DNA of 64,000 nucleotides from NCBI RefSeq assembly GCF_988243305.1, contig NZ_OZ547136.1; one strand, 5' to 3'. Shown piece by piece: positions 60,404 to 64,000 of this stretch (position 1 is its first letter; each line of letters starts with the position of its first letter). The notes under the pieces were generated by a model. It saw only the letters and a program-made list of their open reading frames with translations, ran no database searches and was not told where the DNA came from. The position numbers and the translations under genes were made by a program.

Positions 60404-61348
60404 TCAATTGCGGCGTGCTGGCTCTTCCATTGATATCTGCTGGATTAAATCGTCTGGCATATGTTCCTGTAAAATACGCCAGAGGTTCTCGGCGGTTCTA
60501 TTCAGTCGGGTGTTCATTCGGTAAATATAAGCCTGAATGGGGACTGTCAATTTAGCAGCATCAAGGCATATCAGACGTTTGGTCTGTAGTTCATCGACGA
60601 TCGACCAGATCGGTAACCAGGCAATGCCGTATCCGTTGAGCGCCATATTCTTTAATAACTCGCTCATCGAAGAGATAAATATCGTGCGCCCGGTAATACC
60701 TCCAACCTCTGCCAGATGACGATTGACCAACCTGCCCATATAAGATGTGGCGGTATAGTTGAGCAAAGGAACCTGGGGCTGAGTGATATCGAATACAGGG
60801 TGCCCCTGTGCGTCGGCGGCACATACCGGGTACAACTCAGATTCAAACAGTTTCAGGCAGCAAAAAGGCGATTGCATAAGATCTTCATCGCGAAACGAAA
60901 TAATAAAGTCACTCTTGCCTTCGCGTAACGTATTTACGGCCTGGACAACATCAATGGCTTCAACATGATAGACAAATTCTCCGCCATAGGCGGTAAGTGA
61001 ATGCACCAGTTTGGGTAATACGCTCAGGGATAGTGAGTGCGCGGCTGCAATTTTAATGTTGGGAACGCCGAGTAAACTCTGGCCGTTTAACTCCCCCAAA
61101 TTGCATTCAAGCTGCTGTAATAAGCTGCGAGTCTGGGAATGAAAGAGCTTGCCCTCTTCGGTTAATTGTAAAGGGGTGGTCGTGCGATCGAATAAAACAA
61201 CGCCGATCGCTGCCTCCAGCGCCTTAATTCGTCGGCTGAATGCGGGTTGCGAAAGATTACGCTCTTTTGCCGCCTGAGAAAAATGGCGACAGGCTTCCAG
61301 TGTCAGGAAATCGTATAACCATTTTGTCTCGATATTCTTCATTACCAT
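60404..61348 (-). CDS. LysR-family transcriptional regulator
   Basis: 314-aa ORF with N-terminal LysR HTH, divergent from the racemase/transporter genes. Confidence 0.8.
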   Translation of the reverse strand: MVMKNIETKWLYDFLTLEACRHFSQAAKERNLSQPAFSRRIKALEAAIGVVLFDRTTTPLQLTEEGKLFHSQTRSLLQQLECNLGELNGQSLLGVPNIKIAAAHSLSLSVLPKLVHSLTAYGGEFVYHVEAIDVVQAVNTLREGKSDFIISFRDEDLMQSPFCCLKLFESELYPVCAADAQGHPVFDITQPQVPLLNYTATSYMGRLVNRHLAEVGGITGRTIFISSMSELLKNMALNGYGIAWLPIWSIVDELQTKRLICLDAAKLTVPIQAYIYRMNTRLNRTAENLWRILQEHMPDDLIQQISMEEPARRN

Positions 61349-61692
61349 GGCACCTGTATTTTCAATCCAAAGACATAATAAAACATCCCGGCAATAAAAA
61401 TAATGTTCTCAATTAGCACAACCTGGCCTTTATCATTCGTTTTGTGCATAACCCCTTCATTTCCGGTATTGACGTTGATATCACATTTCGCCAAAAAAAC
61501 GAAATTTTTCCGTCAGATAACCAGAATACATCATCACTATGGTGAATAAGCGGAATGTTCCATAGCTGCATCATGCGTGTCTTGCATCGCCTTGTACAAC
61601 CTTGCATTTCTCATCGCCCATTTCGACTGTTAAAAAAGAGAGCAGCAGTTATTTACCGCGTATTGTCATTAACGTTTTGAGAGGCAGGTATT

Positions 61693-62412
61693 GTGAAAGG
61701 TTTAATTGGTGTACTCGGTGGAATGGGGCCGGCAGCTACCGTCGACCTGTTTAATAAATTTGTAACTTTTACCGCTGCACAATGTGATCAGGAACATATT
61801 CCTTTAATTATTTCTTCGATCCCGGATATTCCTGACCGTACCGATGCATTAATGCATCATGGGCGTTCACCATTACCCGTTATGCGTGATTATATGCATA
61901 AGCTGGAAGATGCCGGGGCAGAATGTATTGTTATTCCCTGTAATACCGCGCATTACTGGTTCAAAGAATTAAAAGATGCTTGTCATATTGATATATTAAG
62001 TATCGTAGAAACTACGAACAATGAAGTTCGCGCCTGTGGTAAAACCCGAATTGGCTTGTTAGCCACCAATGCCACGCTATATATGGGTTTATACCAAAAA
62101 GGAATTGAGTCGCTGGGATTTACCTGTGTCAGCCCCGATGCCGACGGTCAGAAAAAAGTGATGGAAAGTATTTATTCCTTGAAAGCTGGCAATATAGCGC
62201 ACGCACAAAAGTTGATGAATGAGCAGGCTGAAATATTATTTTCCCGCGGTGCAGAAATCCTTGTTCTTGGTTGTACAGAAATTCCGGTTATTCTGGCGCA
62301 AGCCGTTAAAGAGCAGCCTTCCCGCTATATTGACTCAACGGCGTCACTCGTTCGTGCCGGAATAAAATGGTACGAAAATCGTGTCGGTAAACATTATCTT
62401 TTAACCCAATAA
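61693..62412 (+). CDS. Asp/Glu/hydantoin racemase-family protein
   Basis: 239-aa ORF with two Cys-containing motifs (IPCNTAH, LGCTE). Confidence 0.7.
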   Translation: MKGLIGVLGGMGPAATVDLFNKFVTFTAAQCDQEHIPLIISSIPDIPDRTDALMHHGRSPLPVMRDYMHKLEDAGAECIVIPCNTAHYWFKELKDACHIDILSIVETTNNEVRACGKTRIGLLATNATLYMGLYQKGIESLGFTCVSPDADGQKKVMESIYSLKAGNIAHAQKLMNEQAEILFSRGAEILVLGCTEIPVILAQAVKEQPSRYIDSTASLVRAGIKWYENRVGKHYLLTQ

Positions 62413-62477
62413 TCATTTAAATCGCAGCCAGAAAGTTATTCGCTTTTAACTGAATTATATTTATAACGGAGAACATT

Positions 62478-63776
62478 ATGGTTTGGCTGGAAATTATCGT
62501 AGTACTTGGTGCAATATTTTTTGGTATTCGCCAGGGGGGAATCGGTATTGGTTTATGTGGCGGGCTTGGGCTTGCCATTCTGACTCTGGGATTTGGTCTG
62601 CCTATGGGGTCGCCGCCAGTCGACGTGATCCTGATTATTATGACCGTTGTTGTGGCGGCCTCAGCCTTACAGGCCGCAGGCGGAATGGATTATCTGGTAC
62701 GCGTCGCTGGTAATTTTATGCGGCGTAACCCGAAATATATCAACATAATCGCGCCGATTATCACCTGGTCTATGACCATTATGGCCGGTACTGGGTTTAT
62801 TGTTTTTTCCACGCTGCCGGTGATTGCTGAAGTGGCGAAAGAGTCCGGTATCCGTCCTTCCCGCACGCTTGCCGGTTCGGTTGTCGCTTCGCAGGTTGCG
62901 ATTTCCGGTTCGCCGATCAGCGCCGCAATGGCGGCTATGCTCACTATTATGGAGGTAAACGGTGTCAGTTTTATTCAAGTGATGTCGGTATGTCTTCCCA
63001 CCTCTTTTGCTGCCGCGATGGTCGCCGCTTTTATTGCTTCCCGACAGGGATGTGAGTTGCAGGATGACGAGGTCTACCTTGAGCGCCTGCAAAAAGGACT
63101 GGTGCAAAAATACGAGAATAATAGCAGCATCAAGCCAGGTGCGACGCTCTCCGTCGGATTGTTCCTGCTGGCGACGGTCGCTATTGTTATTCTTGCTGCC
63201 TTCCCCCAACTGCGTCCGGGTTTTGATATCGGTAAACCGATGGAAACACGCGATATCATTATTATCTGTATGCTCTCTGCCGCCTGCCTGATGGTGGTGC
63301 TGTGTAAGACGGCGACCGATGCCATTATTCTCACCTCCACATTCCGTGCGGGGATGAGTTCGCTGGCGGTAATTCTCGGCATTGTAACCTTAGGCACCAC
63401 TTTTATTGATGCGCATTTAACTGAGATTAAAGATATTGCTGGTGATATTTTGCAGGCGTATCCGATGTTGTTGGCGCTGGTTCTTTTTGGCACTTGCGCG
63501 CTGCTCTACTCGCAAGGTGCGACCACGCCGTTAATTATCCCGCTTGCCGTCGCGCTTGACGTGCCCACCTGGGCAATTCTGGCGTCCTATGTGGCCGTCA
63601 CCGGAGTATTTGTACTGCCAACGTATCCAACATCACTGGCTGCCATGGAATTTGATACTACCGGCACAACTCGTGTAGGCAAATATGTGCTGAATCATCC
63701 ATTTATGCTGCCTGGGTTGGGGGGAATTATTGCTGGAGTGGCATTAGGCTTTGTGATTGCGCCAATGATTATTTAG
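62478..63776 (+). CDS. DcuA/DcuB-family anaerobic C4-dicarboxylate transporter
   Basis: 432-aa polytopic ORF with Dcu-like N-terminus. Confidence 0.75.
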   Translation: MVWLEIIVVLGAIFFGIRQGGIGIGLCGGLGLAILTLGFGLPMGSPPVDVILIIMTVVVAASALQAAGGMDYLVRVAGNFMRRNPKYINIIAPIITWSMTIMAGTGFIVFSTLPVIAEVAKESGIRPSRTLAGSVVASQVAISGSPISAAMAAMLTIMEVNGVSFIQVMSVCLPTSFAAAMVAAFIASRQGCELQDDEVYLERLQKGLVQKYENNSSIKPGATLSVGLFLLATVAIVILAAFPQLRPGFDIGKPMETRDIIIICMLSAACLMVVLCKTATDAIILTSTFRAGMSSLAVILGIVTLGTTFIDAHLTEIKDIAGDILQAYPMLLALVLFGTCALLYSQGATTPLIIPLAVALDVPTWAILASYVAVTGVFVLPTYPTSLAAMEFDTTGTTRVGKYVLNHPFMLPGLGGIIAGVALGFVIAPMII

Positions 63777-64000
63777 CACTATCAAACATCAGTATCGATG
63801 GTTTATACACAATAAAGACAGATATGGCGGAATATAGTCTGTTGTAAGCGCCAACAAAGAATAGGGGAATTCCGCCATGTCTGAACATCTTCACAATATG
63901 GTATTAAGTGTTGTCGTTTAATGATTTATTTCTTGGTTATGTTGTGTATTAGCTGCATCTATCGCTTTTTGATACCTGAGGTGTACTGGCAATAGCGGAC

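Noticed and set aside
62667-63209. 180-aa minus-strand ORF
   Set aside because: Antisense to the DcuA-family transporter gene.

Overview
The window looks like an Escherichia/Shigella-type chromosome in three parts. (1) 1–20.5 kb is a conserved core block: agp–yccJ–wrbA–ymdF–rutGFEDCBA–rutR–putA–putP–efeUOB–phoH, with efeU apparently intact. (2) About 20.5–37.3 kb is a visibly AT-rich integrative island with a CP4-57-like backbone (P4-type integrase, AlpA-like regulator, YfjI-like and YfjJ-like genes) and unrecognisable cargo. The most notable cargo is a two-gene operon: a 1656-aa protein whose sequence shows an N-terminal NERD-like motif, two protein-kinase-like catalytic-loop motifs and a C-terminal UPF1-like SF1 helicase motif set, overlapping by 4 nt a 478-aa partner of unknown function. 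I read this as a candidate undescribed anti-phage defence system. A 605-aa AT-rich orphan gene sits in the integrase-proximal slot. (3) 37.3–64 kb is an IS-riddled mosaic: two identical IS629-type copies, IS2, an IS1-like relic, an IS100-like IS21-family element, and IS4 inserted into an IS200 and itself hit by IS629. It also carries decayed rsmI/aldolase/garD fragments around an agaR-like gene, a PTS EIICB plus MalY-like pair, a deoQKPX-like deoxyribose locus, a degenerate tRNA-like element, and a LysR / Asp-Glu racemase / DcuA-family module. No CRISPR array or rRNA was seen. All calls come from reading the sequence and the ORF track by eye and from recalled family signatures; no database search or computation was run, and gene names in part 3 are from memory.
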